Source: a virus (lineage: Duplodnaviria; Caudoviricetes). From it: a stretch of DNA of 63,009 bases. Each line of letters opens with the position of its first letter. Position 1 is the first letter of the stretch. The position numbers and the translations under genes are program-made. The notes beneath the pieces were generated by a model. The model was not told the DNA's origin. It saw only the letters and a list, made by a program, of their open reading frames with translations, and did not search any database. The DNA lies in IMG/VR virus record IMGVR_UViG_3300042514_001623, positions 1-63,009 of that record, one strand, 5' to 3'. Shown one piece after another: positions 53,004 to 61,981 of the stretch.

Positions 53004-53411
53004 ATGCTTGGCCCACGCTATCGCTACCGCCTCACCAACTCGCACAACCAGATCGTCACGGTGACGATGCAGGAAACCCGCTTCAAGCGGGACAGCACCG
53101 GGCAGGAGGTGCGCGACTCTGTAGCCACGCCGTTTTCGGCTGTTGCCGTGAGCGGAACGGGGGGCACGCAAACCAGCACGCCCTTCGACAACGGCGCCAC
53201 CGGGACGTTTTGGGATGGCGCTTATCTGGTCATCAGCGCCGTGGCGTCGTTCGCCATCACCAACACTGGCGCGCTGACGGTGTGGCTTGAGCGCAGCCTG
53301 GATGGCGGCACCACCTGGGCCACCAACGGCAGCGCCACGCGCATTCAATCGCGCACGATCACCAACGCTGAAGGCACGTCCACCATCGTGTTTGAAGGTC
53401 TGGTGGAGTAA
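53004..53411 (+). CDS. Hypothetical beta-rich virion protein (135 aa)
   Basis: GGGAG RBS; SLDGGTTW. Confidence 0.65.
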   Translation: MLGPRYRYRLTNSHNQIVTVTMQETRFKRDSTGQEVRDSVATPFSAVAVSGTGGTQTSTPFDNGATGTFWDGAYLVISAVASFAITNTGALTVWLERSLDGGTTWATNGSATRIQSRTITNAEGTSTIVFEGLVE

Positions 53412-53414
53412 GCC

Positions 53415-54851
53415 GTGGCCGTTCGCAGCCGAGTTATCCCGTGGACGCGGCGCCCGCTGCGCCCCGCGCCGCTGCTGAACAAGCACCAGGCGCTGCGCGA
53501 CGGTGCGCCGCTCATCGCGTGGGATGCGGCTGATGGCCTGGTTGACCATCTCGGGCGGGTCTTCTCGGTGGTCGGCACGGTTACGCAGCGCGAGGCTGAC
53601 GGCGGCCCCGAGACTTCGGCCAGCGGCAGCGGCAACCGCCTGGACGCGGCAAATTTCAGCCCGCCGACTGCGGCCTGCACGGTCATCATGGGCGTGCGGG
53701 CGCAGGCCAGCGCGTTTCTGTTCCAGACCCACGCCAGCAGCAACTTCGCGGGCCTGCGGGCGACGATCAACGCCAGCGGTCAACTCGAGTTCACCTTCGG
53801 CCAAGGCGGCGGCACGGGGCCCAGCAACAGGCGCACCTATGTCGTGACGCCCACGCTCACAGCCGGGCAGCTTTACACCTTCGTCATCAGCTTCCGTTCC
53901 ACCACCAGCGGCTACATCAGCATCGACGGCGCGCAGGCTGCGTTTACTGTCACGGGCACAGCTACCGACTACGCCGCAGGCACGGGCGCCGGCATGCTGC
54001 ACGCCATCTACACATCGGGTGCCTACGCCTACGGCACGGGCGCAGGGGCACTTGCGCATTTGGTGGTGCTGCCGCGCTACGTCGAGCCTGAGCTGGGGCA
54101 GTCGCTGGGCCGCAACCCTTGGCAGATCAGGGGGCGCCGCGAGAGCGTTACCTACAACTACAGCGGCGTGCCGGAAATCACCGGCATCACACCCAGCGAA
54201 ACCAGCGTCAGCGTTGCGTGGTCTGGACTGGCCGACGAGTTCCGCATCGACGGGGGCGCGGCCACGGCGCTGCCTGACGGCACCAGCCCCGACACCATCA
54301 CGGGGCTGACGGCAAACCAGCCCTACAGCGCCCCCGGTTTGCAGCTGCGCTTCGAGGGCGGCGCGTGGTCCGATGCGGTGCCGTTCGGCACGACGAACCC
54401 GGCAACGGGCGGCGGTGAGCCCGTTGTTCCTATCCCCCTTCTGGCTGCTGAAGAGACGGACGCAGCCGCCTCGCTGCAGCTGGCTCAGGTCATCCAGGCC
54501 GCGGAAGAGAGCGCCGCGGCATTCAACCTGCTGATGGCGCAGGTGCTGACGCCTGCGCTTGAGGCCGACGAGGCCGTGCAGCTGCTGCAGCCCGGTGCGC
54601 TCGAAGCCGCGCAGGAAACCGACGAGGCCGTGCCCCTGGTGCTTATCAGCCTGGGCGCCATCACAGCAGCCGAAGAGCAAGACCAAGCCGTCGCGCTGCA
54701 GCTCATCTCGCCCATCGCGCTGGGGGTGGCGGTGGAGGCCAGCGCAGCCCTGCAGCTCGGGCCACAAGTCGCCGCTGTCAGCCCGACGCTGTTCAGCCCA
54801 TCGCGGCGCGTCACGATGCGCAGCCCAGCCCGCGCTTTCGGAAGGTACTGA
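53415..54851 (+). CDS. Probable virion protein with lectin-like and Fn3-like parts and acidic AxExDxA repeats
   Basis: GGAG RBS; TITGLTAN.PY; repeated AAEETDAA/ALEADEA/AQETDEA/AEEQDQA. Confidence 0.6.
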   Translation: MAVRSRVIPWTRRPLRPAPLLNKHQALRDGAPLIAWDAADGLVDHLGRVFSVVGTVTQREADGGPETSASGSGNRLDAANFSPPTAACTVIMGVRAQASAFLFQTHASSNFAGLRATINASGQLEFTFGQGGGTGPSNRRTYVVTPTLTAGQLYTFVISFRSTTSGYISIDGAQAAFTVTGTATDYAAGTGAGMLHAIYTSGAYAYGTGAGALAHLVVLPRYVEPELGQSLGRNPWQIRGRRESVTYNYSGVPEITGITPSETSVSVAWSGLADEFRIDGGAATALPDGTSPDTITGLTANQPYSAPGLQLRFEGGAWSDAVPFGTTNPATGGGEPVVPIPLLAAEETDAAASLQLAQVIQAAEESAAAFNLLMAQVLTPALEADEAVQLLQPGALEAAQETDEAVPLVLISLGAITAAEEQDQAVALQLISPIALGVAVEASAALQLGPQVAAVSPTLFSPSRRVTMRSPARAFGRY

Positions 54852-54852
54852 C

Positions 54853-55785
54853 ATGGCCCACCTCGGCGTCATCTTGAAGCAGCCGGGCGAGACGCTTGCT
54901 CATGCCGTGGACTACAGCCTCGTCTTCGGTAATGCCGCGGGCGTGCTGGTTTCCGCCGTGGTCACCGCCGCGTCCGGCATCAGCGTGGCTCAGAGTATTG
55001 CCAGCACGAGCCTGAACCTGATATTCACTGGCGGCACGACAGCCACGGACTACGCCGTCACCATCGTGGCGCAGGTCAACATCGACGGCGTGGCGCAGAC
55101 CGTTGAAGACGAGTTCACAGTGCGCGTGCTGGAAGTGATCCCGTCACTGCTGGCGCCCATTGCCATCAAGCCGTGGATGGCTTGGGCCTCAGACCTGACC
55201 CCAAAAGTGCCCGACGCGCTGCTGCCGTCGATCATGGAGGCCCTGCAGGAGGCCACGCGGCGCCACTTCACCAAGACCCGAGCCTACCGGATCAACGGCA
55301 TCGCGCTGGGTTCAACGGTGGCCGGGCAGTCGGTCTACGTGGTGCCGCTGCCCAGCGGGGTGCAGCTGGTGGGCGTGCCTGACGCCCGGGTGGGCGAAAA
55401 CGACGCCACCGAGATCCAGCGCTATGCCGCAGTTGAGATCCCGCGCGACACCGACCCGACGCCGGACACCCACATTGCCGTGAACGGCACCAACAGCGTG
55501 CTTATCTGGCCGACGCCCACGGTGGCGGGCCAGGCCATCACGATCAACGCGGCCGTGGCGCCGGACGAGACGCTGGAAGGCATCGAGCACCTGCTGTACG
55601 TGGAGCACCAAGAGGCCATCGAGGCCGCGGCCCTGGCCGAGCTCTACGGCGACAAGACCAAACCATGGAGTGACCCCGCCATGGCCCGAGCACTCAACCG
55701 GGAAGGCAAAACCCGCCGGCTGATGCACTCCACCCAGGCCGGACCGCGCAGCGAGCGCATGCGGCTTCGCAGCAATCCCACTTGA
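54853..55785 (+). CDS. Two-domain fibre-adaptor/adaptor-like structural protein (310 aa)
   Basis: KQPGE.L...VDY...GGT..TDY.V N-terminal domain; P.VP......A...A..F..T..W/Y and PWSDP..A C-terminal domain. Confidence 0.6.
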   Translation: MAHLGVILKQPGETLAHAVDYSLVFGNAAGVLVSAVVTAASGISVAQSIASTSLNLIFTGGTTATDYAVTIVAQVNIDGVAQTVEDEFTVRVLEVIPSLLAPIAIKPWMAWASDLTPKVPDALLPSIMEALQEATRRHFTKTRAYRINGIALGSTVAGQSVYVVPLPSGVQLVGVPDARVGENDATEIQRYAAVEIPRDTDPTPDTHIAVNGTNSVLIWPTPTVAGQAITINAAVAPDETLEGIEHLLYVEHQEAIEAAALAELYGDKTKPWSDPAMARALNREGKTRRLMHSTQAGPRSERMRLRSNPT

Positions 55786-55794
55786 AAGCCTCGC

Positions 55795-56088
55795 ATGAGC
55801 ACCACCCCCCACGACGCCCCTGAACAAACAACGAAGCGGGGGAAGGTGGTCTTCGATCCCACGGTCAACTTGGGGCACATCTTGACTTTCTGCGGCTTCA
55901 TGGCCGCCGGCAGCGTGGCCTACCACGACCTCAAGGAAGCCCAGGCCGTGCAGAGCATGCGCGTGGAGATGCTGGCCCGCGAGTTTGAGGCCGAGAAGAA
56001 CCGGACCGGCAACGCCATCTTGGAGATCAAGGGCGACATGAAAGAGATCCGCCGAGGGGTGGATCAACTGCGCGAGCGCAAGCCCTGA
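55795..56088 (+). CDS. Small membrane/coiled-coil protein (97 aa)
   Basis: FDPTVNLGHILT TM segment followed by coiled coil. Confidence 0.7.
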   Translation: MSTTPHDAPEQTTKRGKVVFDPTVNLGHILTFCGFMAAGSVAYHDLKEAQAVQSMRVEMLAREFEAEKNRTGNAILEIKGDMKEIRRGVDQLRERKP

Positions 56089-56104
56089 AGCGCCACGCCT
56101 GACC

Positions 56105-56602
56105 ATGGGAACCCCCAAGACCGTTGACTGGGAGCGCATTGAGGCGGATTACCGCGCCGGTGTGAAATCCCTCCGCGAGATCGCGGCCGCCCATGGCATC
56201 ACCGAGGGCGCCATCCGCAAGCGCGCCAAGCAGCACGGTTGGACCCGCGACCTGAAGGACAAGGTACGCGCCAAGGCTGACGAACCCGGCCTGCGCGTCT
56301 CCGAGCTTGACGAGCACGCTGCCGCTGGTTTCGTCTATGTCATTGGGCTCGACGCGCCCCAGCGCTACTTCAAGATCGGCATGGCGCGCTTTTTCCCGGC
56401 CCGCATGGACGCACACCAGTGCGCCAGCCCGTTTGACCTGTTCGTCGCCTGCGCCTACTTCGTGCCCAACATGCGCGCAGAGGAACAGCGCCTGCATCGG
56501 AGGTTTGCAGAACAGCGCGTCAGGGGCGAGTGGTTCACGCTTTCTGCCGCCGACCTTCAAGAGATCGCCGGGCGGTCCCTTTTGCTTGAGGTGACGGTCT
56601 GA
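56105..56602 (+). CDS. TerS-like HTH fused to a GIY-YIG (T5orf172/MUG113-like) nuclease
   Basis: First ~58 aa paralogous to the next gene; FVYVI...FKIG...R...Q.ASP...E..LH..F...RVRGEWF. Confidence 0.82.
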   Translation: MGTPKTVDWERIEADYRAGVKSLREIAAAHGITEGAIRKRAKQHGWTRDLKDKVRAKADEPGLRVSELDEHAAAGFVYVIGLDAPQRYFKIGMARFFPARMDAHQCASPFDLFVACAYFVPNMRAEEQRLHRRFAEQRVRGEWFTLSAADLQEIAGRSLLLEVTV

Positions 56603-57225
56603 TGGCTCGCAAGCAAGTGGATTGGGAACGTATCGAAACGGATTTCCGTGTCGGCGCCAAGTCCGTGCGCGAGATCGCCGCCGAGCATGGCATCTCTCAC
56701 ACCGCCATCAACAAGCGCGCGAAGGCTGAAGACTGGATCCGCGACCTTCAAGGCAAGGTCAAAGCCAAGGCCGATGCGCTAGTTGCCAAAGCGCTGGTTG
56801 CCAAGGAAGTTTCCGCACATGCGGCGGCAACCGAGAAGGAAACGGTTGAGGTTGAGGCGCAGGTTCAAGCCCGTATCCGCCTGGCGCACCGCGGCGACAT
56901 CACCCGCATGCGCAGCTTGGTGATCCGCCTGCTTGCCGAGTGCGAGGCGGAAGCCGCAGACCCGGACGTGTTCGAGAGCCTGGGCGAGATGCTGCGCAAC
57001 CCCGACGAGCGCGGCCAAGACAAGCTGAACGAGGCCTATCACAAGGCCATCAGCCTTCCCCAGCGCATCAAGGGCGTGAAGGAACTGGCCGAGGCGCTGC
57101 GGGTGCTTGTGGCGATGGAGCGCGAGGCCTACGGCATCGGCGTGGAAGACAAGCCCAAGGCGCCGCTGGAAGGTTTGTCCGACGAAGAGATTGAGGCCCG
57201 CCTGCGTGCTCGCATGCAGCCTTGA
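56602..57225 (+). CDS. terS: Terminase small subunit
   Basis: DWERIE..FR.G..SVREIA..HGISH.AI.KRAK; LER.AYGI; directly before terL. Confidence 0.75.
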   Translation: MARKQVDWERIETDFRVGAKSVREIAAEHGISHTAINKRAKAEDWIRDLQGKVKAKADALVAKALVAKEVSAHAAATEKETVEVEAQVQARIRLAHRGDITRMRSLVIRLLAECEAEAADPDVFESLGEMLRNPDERGQDKLNEAYHKAISLPQRIKGVKELAEALRVLVAMEREAYGIGVEDKPKAPLEGLSDEEIEARLRARMQP

Positions 57226-58669
57226 ACAACTGCCGCAGTCCCGGGCCGCGCGCCTTGAACTGCTGGCACTGCTGGAAGAGAGAGAGCGCCGGGCGCGGCG
57301 CCGCAAGCTCTGGAGCTACTTCCCGGACACCGGACCGCTGCGCCGCGACCTCTACGTGCAGCACATGGAGTTCTTCAAGCTGGGCGCCACGGTGCCGAGC
57401 CGGTGCTTCATGGCCGCCAACCGGGTGGGCAAGACCGAGGGCGGGGGAGGGTACGAAACCACGCTGCACCTGACCGGGCGCTACCCGGACTGGTGGCCTG
57501 GCTACCGCTTCGACAAGCCGATCGACGCATGGGCGGCCGGCGACACGAACGAAACGGTGCGGGACATCATCCAAGACAAGATGGTGGGGCCGGAAAGCGA
57601 CTACGGCACCGGCCTGATCCCCGCCGACGACCTGATCCGCACCGTGCGCAGGCCCAACGGGAACGGGGCGCTGGACTACATCGAGGTGCGCCACATCAGC
57701 GGCGGGGTGTCTCGCCTGGCGTTCAAGAGCTACGAGCAGGGCCGCAAGGCCTTCCAGGGCACCGAGAAAGACCTCATCTGGCTGGACGAGGAGAGCAACG
57801 AGGGCATCCGGGCTGAGTGCGTTATGCGCCTGATGACCACGAACGGGCTGCTGATCGAGACGTTCACCCCGCTGCGGGGCCTGACGCCCAACGTGCTCAA
57901 GTACCTGGGTGAGGATGCCGCCATCCCCGATGGCCGCCGCGGCATCAACGGCGACCGCGGCATCGTGATGGCCGGCTGGGATGACGTGCCACACCTGAGC
58001 GCCGACCAGAAGCGCCGCATGCTGGCCGACGCCGAGCCGCACCTGGTGGAGGCGCGCTCGAAGGGCATCCCGAGCATTGGCAGCGGGGCCATTTATCCCG
58101 TGCCCGAAGAGCAGATCGTGGTGGACGACTTTGCCATCCCCGACCACTGGCCGCGTGCCTACGGCCTGGACGTGGGCTGGAACTGCACCGCGGCCGTGTT
58201 CGGCGCGCTGGACCGCGATTCCGATTGCCTGTACCTCTACAGCCTGCACTACCAGGGCCAGCAGGAGCCCAGCACCCACGTTGCTGGCATCCACGCCCGC
58301 GGGAAGTGGATACCCGGCGTGATCGACCCGGCCAGCCGCGGCCGCAGCCAGAAGGACGGCGAGCAGCTGCTGCAGATCTACCGCGACCTGGGCTTGCCCT
58401 TGATCGAAGCCGACAACTCGCGCGAGTCGGGCCTGTACGAGGTGCACCAGCGGCTGGCCACCGGCCGGCTGAAGGTGTTTCGCAGCCTCAAGCCTTGGCT
58501 GAGCGAGTACCGCATCTACCGGCGCGACGAGCGCGGGAACATCGTCAAAGAGAAAGACCACGCCATGGACGCAACTCGATACCTCGTGGTCAGCGGCATC
58601 CAAGTGGCGCGCGTGAACAACTCCAAGGGCGCGAGCGCCTACCGCCAACTCCGTGGCCTGGAAGACTGA
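57206..58669 (+). CDS. terL: Terminase large subunit (start uncertain)
   Basis: AANRVGKT, FQG...IWLDEE, TFTP, GLDVG, DHAMDATRY. Confidence 0.92.
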   Translation: MLACSLEQLPQSRAARLELLALLEERERRARRRKLWSYFPDTGPLRRDLYVQHMEFFKLGATVPSRCFMAANRVGKTEGGGGYETTLHLTGRYPDWWPGYRFDKPIDAWAAGDTNETVRDIIQDKMVGPESDYGTGLIPADDLIRTVRRPNGNGALDYIEVRHISGGVSRLAFKSYEQGRKAFQGTEKDLIWLDEESNEGIRAECVMRLMTTNGLLIETFTPLRGLTPNVLKYLGEDAAIPDGRRGINGDRGIVMAGWDDVPHLSADQKRRMLADAEPHLVEARSKGIPSIGSGAIYPVPEEQIVVDDFAIPDHWPRAYGLDVGWNCTAAVFGALDRDSDCLYLYSLHYQGQQEPSTHVAGIHARGKWIPGVIDPASRGRSQKDGEQLLQIYRDLGLPLIEADNSRESGLYEVHQRLATGRLKVFRSLKPWLSEYRIYRRDERGNIVKEKDHAMDATRYLVVSGIQVARVNNSKGASAYRQLRGLED

Positions 58670-58680
58670 GAAAGCCCACG

Positions 58681-60771
58681 ATGCAGCTTGAAACCCGCCC
58701 CCTCAAGCCCGTGCGCGAGCACGGTGCCGCCAGCGCCCGCGACGAAGCCAAGGATGGCTACTCGCTCCACGCGCTGGAGGAACTGGTGTCGGACTGCGAG
58801 AGCCAACCCGACTGGCGCGACCGCAGCGACAAGGCCCATGCCTACTACGACATGGGCAAGCAGCTCACGCCCGAGGCCGAGCACAAGATCCGCACCGAGT
58901 GGGGCATCGAGCCGCGCCAGATCAACCTCATCCACGGCGTCGTCAACGGCGTGCTGGGCCAGGAGGCCAAGGCGCGCAGCGACGTGCGCATCGAGGCCGA
59001 CGACGACGATTTTCAGGACGTGGCCGATGTCCTCAGCAAGAAGCACAAGGAGGCCACGCGCGAGGCCAACATCGACATGGCCGTGAGCAACGGCTACGCC
59101 GGCCAGGTCAAGGGCGGCATTGGCTGGGTGGAAGTCAGCCGCGCGGCCGACCCGCTGGACTACCCGTATCGCGTGACCGACGTGCACCGCTCGGAAATCT
59201 GGTGGGACATGCGCGCCACCGACCTGGGCCTGAAGGATGCCCGCTGGCTGGTGCGCAAGCGCTGGATGGACTTGGACGAGGCCATCGCCTGGATGCCCGA
59301 GCACCGCCGCATCCTTGAGCAGGCGCTGAACGGCTGGGATCTCATCGCGCTGCCCGAGGACCACGACAACATCCTGTACCGCAGCTACAGCAACGAGCGC
59401 CGCACGCGCATCCGCCGCGACGAGTGGGCCGACACGCGCCGCCAGCGCATCAAGATGTACGAAGTCTGGTACCGGGTGCCCGCCGAGACGGTGGTGCTGC
59501 ACGTCGGCCCCGGCAAGCGCCTGGCCTACGACGAAACCAACCCGCTGCACATCGAAGCGGTGAGCCGCGGCACGGTCAAGATCAGCCGCGCCATCACCCG
59601 GCAGGTGCGCATGGCCCTGTTCGCTGGCCCGCACCGCCTGCTGGACCAGGGCACGCGCCGCCGGCACTTCCCCTACGTGCCGTTTTTCGCCTTCCGCGAC
59701 GACGAGGACCGCACGCCCTACGGCCTGATCGAAGGGATGATTACCCCGCAGGACGAGTACAACGAGCGCCGCCAGATGATCAACTGGATGCTCAAGGCGC
59801 GGCAACTGGTGGCGGACTCGGACGCGCTGGACGAGGAATACAACAACATCGCCGACATCACCAAGACCATGAACCGCCCGGATATGGTGGCGGTGCTGAA
59901 CCCTGACCGGCGCAACGCCAACGCCTTCCAGATCGCCAACGGCCTGCGCATGGAGCCGTTTCAGGTGGACGTGATGCAGGACAGCAAGGCGCTGATTCAA
60001 GAGGTGCCGCGCGTCTACAGCACCCAACTCGGCCAGGCGCAGCAGGGCGTGACCTCGGGCGTGGCCATCAACAGCCTGACCGAGCAGGGCATCGTCGCCA
60101 TGGGCGAGCTCAACGACAACTACCGCTTCGCCCGCAAGCTGGTGCACGAGCAGGTGCTGGAGATGATCGTTGAAGACCATCTCGATGAAGACCTGAAGGT
60201 GGTCATGGGCGCCGGCCAGAACAAGCGCGTGATCATGCTCAACAGCTGGGATCCGCAGACCGGTGCGCCGATCAACCGCGTGAAGGACGCGCCGGTGAAG
60301 GTGGGCCTGAGCGACGTGCCGACCAGCCCGGCCTTCCGCATGCAGGAGCAGCAGCAGGTGGCCACGATGCTGCAGGCCTTCCGCGGCGACCCGCAGGCCC
60401 TGGCCATCCTGGGCCCGGTGTTCATCGAAGGCAGCAGCCTGAGCAACCGCCAGGCCATTGCCGACGACCTGCGCCGCGCCAAGGGCGTGCCGGTGGCCGG
60501 CGACCGCCAGCAGCAGCAGCAGCAGCAAGCCCAGCAGCAGGAAATGATGGCCCGCACCAAGGCCCTGGAAGACGCGAAGACCGAGGCCGAGGTGGCCAAG
60601 CTGGCCGCCGACGTGCGCGTGGCCGACACCGTGGCGACGTTGAACGCCGCCAAGGCCCGCGAGATCGGGCACACGGTGGCGCGCGACCTGCACAACATCG
60701 ACCGCGAAGAGGCCATGCCAAACCGCGACGCCGACCTAGAGGCCGCGCTGGCCGAGGCCGCGCAGACCTGA
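58681..60771 (+). CDS. Portal protein (P22-like, 696 aa)
   Basis: YYD..Q, N.I...VN.VLG.E, FPYVPF, YGL...M..PQDE.N, SG.AI; after terL. Confidence 0.88.
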   Translation: MQLETRPLKPVREHGAASARDEAKDGYSLHALEELVSDCESQPDWRDRSDKAHAYYDMGKQLTPEAEHKIRTEWGIEPRQINLIHGVVNGVLGQEAKARSDVRIEADDDDFQDVADVLSKKHKEATREANIDMAVSNGYAGQVKGGIGWVEVSRAADPLDYPYRVTDVHRSEIWWDMRATDLGLKDARWLVRKRWMDLDEAIAWMPEHRRILEQALNGWDLIALPEDHDNILYRSYSNERRTRIRRDEWADTRRQRIKMYEVWYRVPAETVVLHVGPGKRLAYDETNPLHIEAVSRGTVKISRAITRQVRMALFAGPHRLLDQGTRRRHFPYVPFFAFRDDEDRTPYGLIEGMITPQDEYNERRQMINWMLKARQLVADSDALDEEYNNIADITKTMNRPDMVAVLNPDRRNANAFQIANGLRMEPFQVDVMQDSKALIQEVPRVYSTQLGQAQQGVTSGVAINSLTEQGIVAMGELNDNYRFARKLVHEQVLEMIVEDHLDEDLKVVMGAGQNKRVIMLNSWDPQTGAPINRVKDAPVKVGLSDVPTSPAFRMQEQQQVATMLQAFRGDPQALAILGPVFIEGSSLSNRQAIADDLRRAKGVPVAGDRQQQQQQQAQQQEMMARTKALEDAKTEAEVAKLAADVRVADTVATLNAAKAREIGHTVARDLHNIDREEAMPNRDADLEAALAEAAQT

Positions 60772-60885
60772 CACCAGTTTCGTCCCTGGCCATGCCCCCC
60801 GCGGCCAGGGAGTAAGAGGGGGAAGTTCCCACCGCCCGGCTTACATCGCGCCGGGTGGATGAGGTATTCAGCGATGGCGAACACG

Positions 60886-60924
60886 AGGCCCGCCCGGAGC
60901 AATCCCGGCGGGCTTTGTCGTTCT
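60886..60924 (+). terminator. Terminator-like hairpin in the portal-scaffold spacer
   Basis: GGCCCGCCCGG-AGCAAT-CCCGGCGGGCTTTGTCGTTCT. Confidence 0.55.
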
Positions 60925-60953
60925 TGGCACCCGGCCGTCAATCGGGATGAGGA

Positions 60954-61949
60954 GTGAGAGTGAACCTGAACGAACTGGAACCCGGAACCCCGGAGTACGA
61001 GGCGGCCCTGGACGCGGCACAAGCCGAAGAAGACGCTGCCAACGACAACGCCGATGGCGCCGCCGCCCCCCAGGGTGACGACGACGATGGCGAGGGAACC
61101 GAAAACGCACCCGCAGCAACCGCTGCCGAGGAACCCGCCGCCGCTGCGCCCGCAGCCGCCACGCCCGAAAAGCCGGCCAACCCTTCCGGGGTGCTGAGCA
61201 AGGATGGGAAGACGGTGCTGAGCTACGCGGTGCTGCAAGCCGCCCGCCGCGATAAAGCCAGCGAGCGCGATGCGCGCCTGGCCGCCGAAGCGGAGGCCGA
61301 GCGCCTGCGCAAGGAGATCGAAGACCTCAGAGCCGGGCGCAAGCCTGCCGCTGAAGCCGCCGACCCCCTGGACGAAGCGCTGGCCGATGCAGCCGAGGAC
61401 TTCCCCGCGCTTACCGCCGTGGCCAAGGTGCTGAAGGAAACCCGTGACGAGCTCGCAGCGCTGAAGGGCGCTGGCAAGACCGCCGCGGCACCTGCAGCCC
61501 AGGAAGCCACCGAGGAAGACGCCGACCCCGTGCAGTCGGCCATCGACGCCGTGCCGGCCCTGGCCACATGGCAAGCCACCGACCCCGAAAAGTTCCGCCG
61601 CGCCCAGCAACTGGACGTGGTGCTTTCGGACTCGCGCAAGTGGGCTGGCAAGCCCATGGCGGAGCGCTTTGCGCACGTCGCGCGCCTGGTGGCCGATGAG
61701 TACGACATCCAGATCGAGGACGAACCCGCCCCTCAACGCACCACCAGAACCACCCCGAACCGGGCCGACCCTCAAGAAGTCATCAGCCGCGCGGCGCGAC
61801 AAACGCCCAACACGCTGAGCGACATGAAGGGCGGTGCTGCCGCGGGCTCCGAAGAACGGCTCGACCGCATGCCACCGCAGCGAATGCTGGCGCGCATGCA
61901 GGAGATGACCGATCAGGAGATCGAGGACCACCTGGCCAAGTTCGGCTGA
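60954..61949 (+). CDS. Capsid scaffolding protein
   Basis: Acidic, Ala-rich, coiled coil; between portal and MCP. Confidence 0.75.
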   Translation: MRVNLNELEPGTPEYEAALDAAQAEEDAANDNADGAAAPQGDDDDGEGTENAPAATAAEEPAAAAPAAATPEKPANPSGVLSKDGKTVLSYAVLQAARRDKASERDARLAAEAEAERLRKEIEDLRAGRKPAAEAADPLDEALADAAEDFPALTAVAKVLKETRDELAALKGAGKTAAAPAAQEATEEDADPVQSAIDAVPALATWQATDPEKFRRAQQLDVVLSDSRKWAGKPMAERFAHVARLVADEYDIQIEDEPAPQRTTRTTPNRADPQEVISRAARQTPNTLSDMKGGAAAGSEERLDRMPPQRMLARMQEMTDQEIEDHLAKFG

Positions 61950-61981
61950 ACCAACCCATCCGAACCTCAAGGAACTGAACC

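Noticed and set aside
60508-60540. CAG run (poly-Gln) in portal as a contingency locus
   Set aside because: In-frame Gln-rich tails are common in P22-like portal barrels; no frameshift potential
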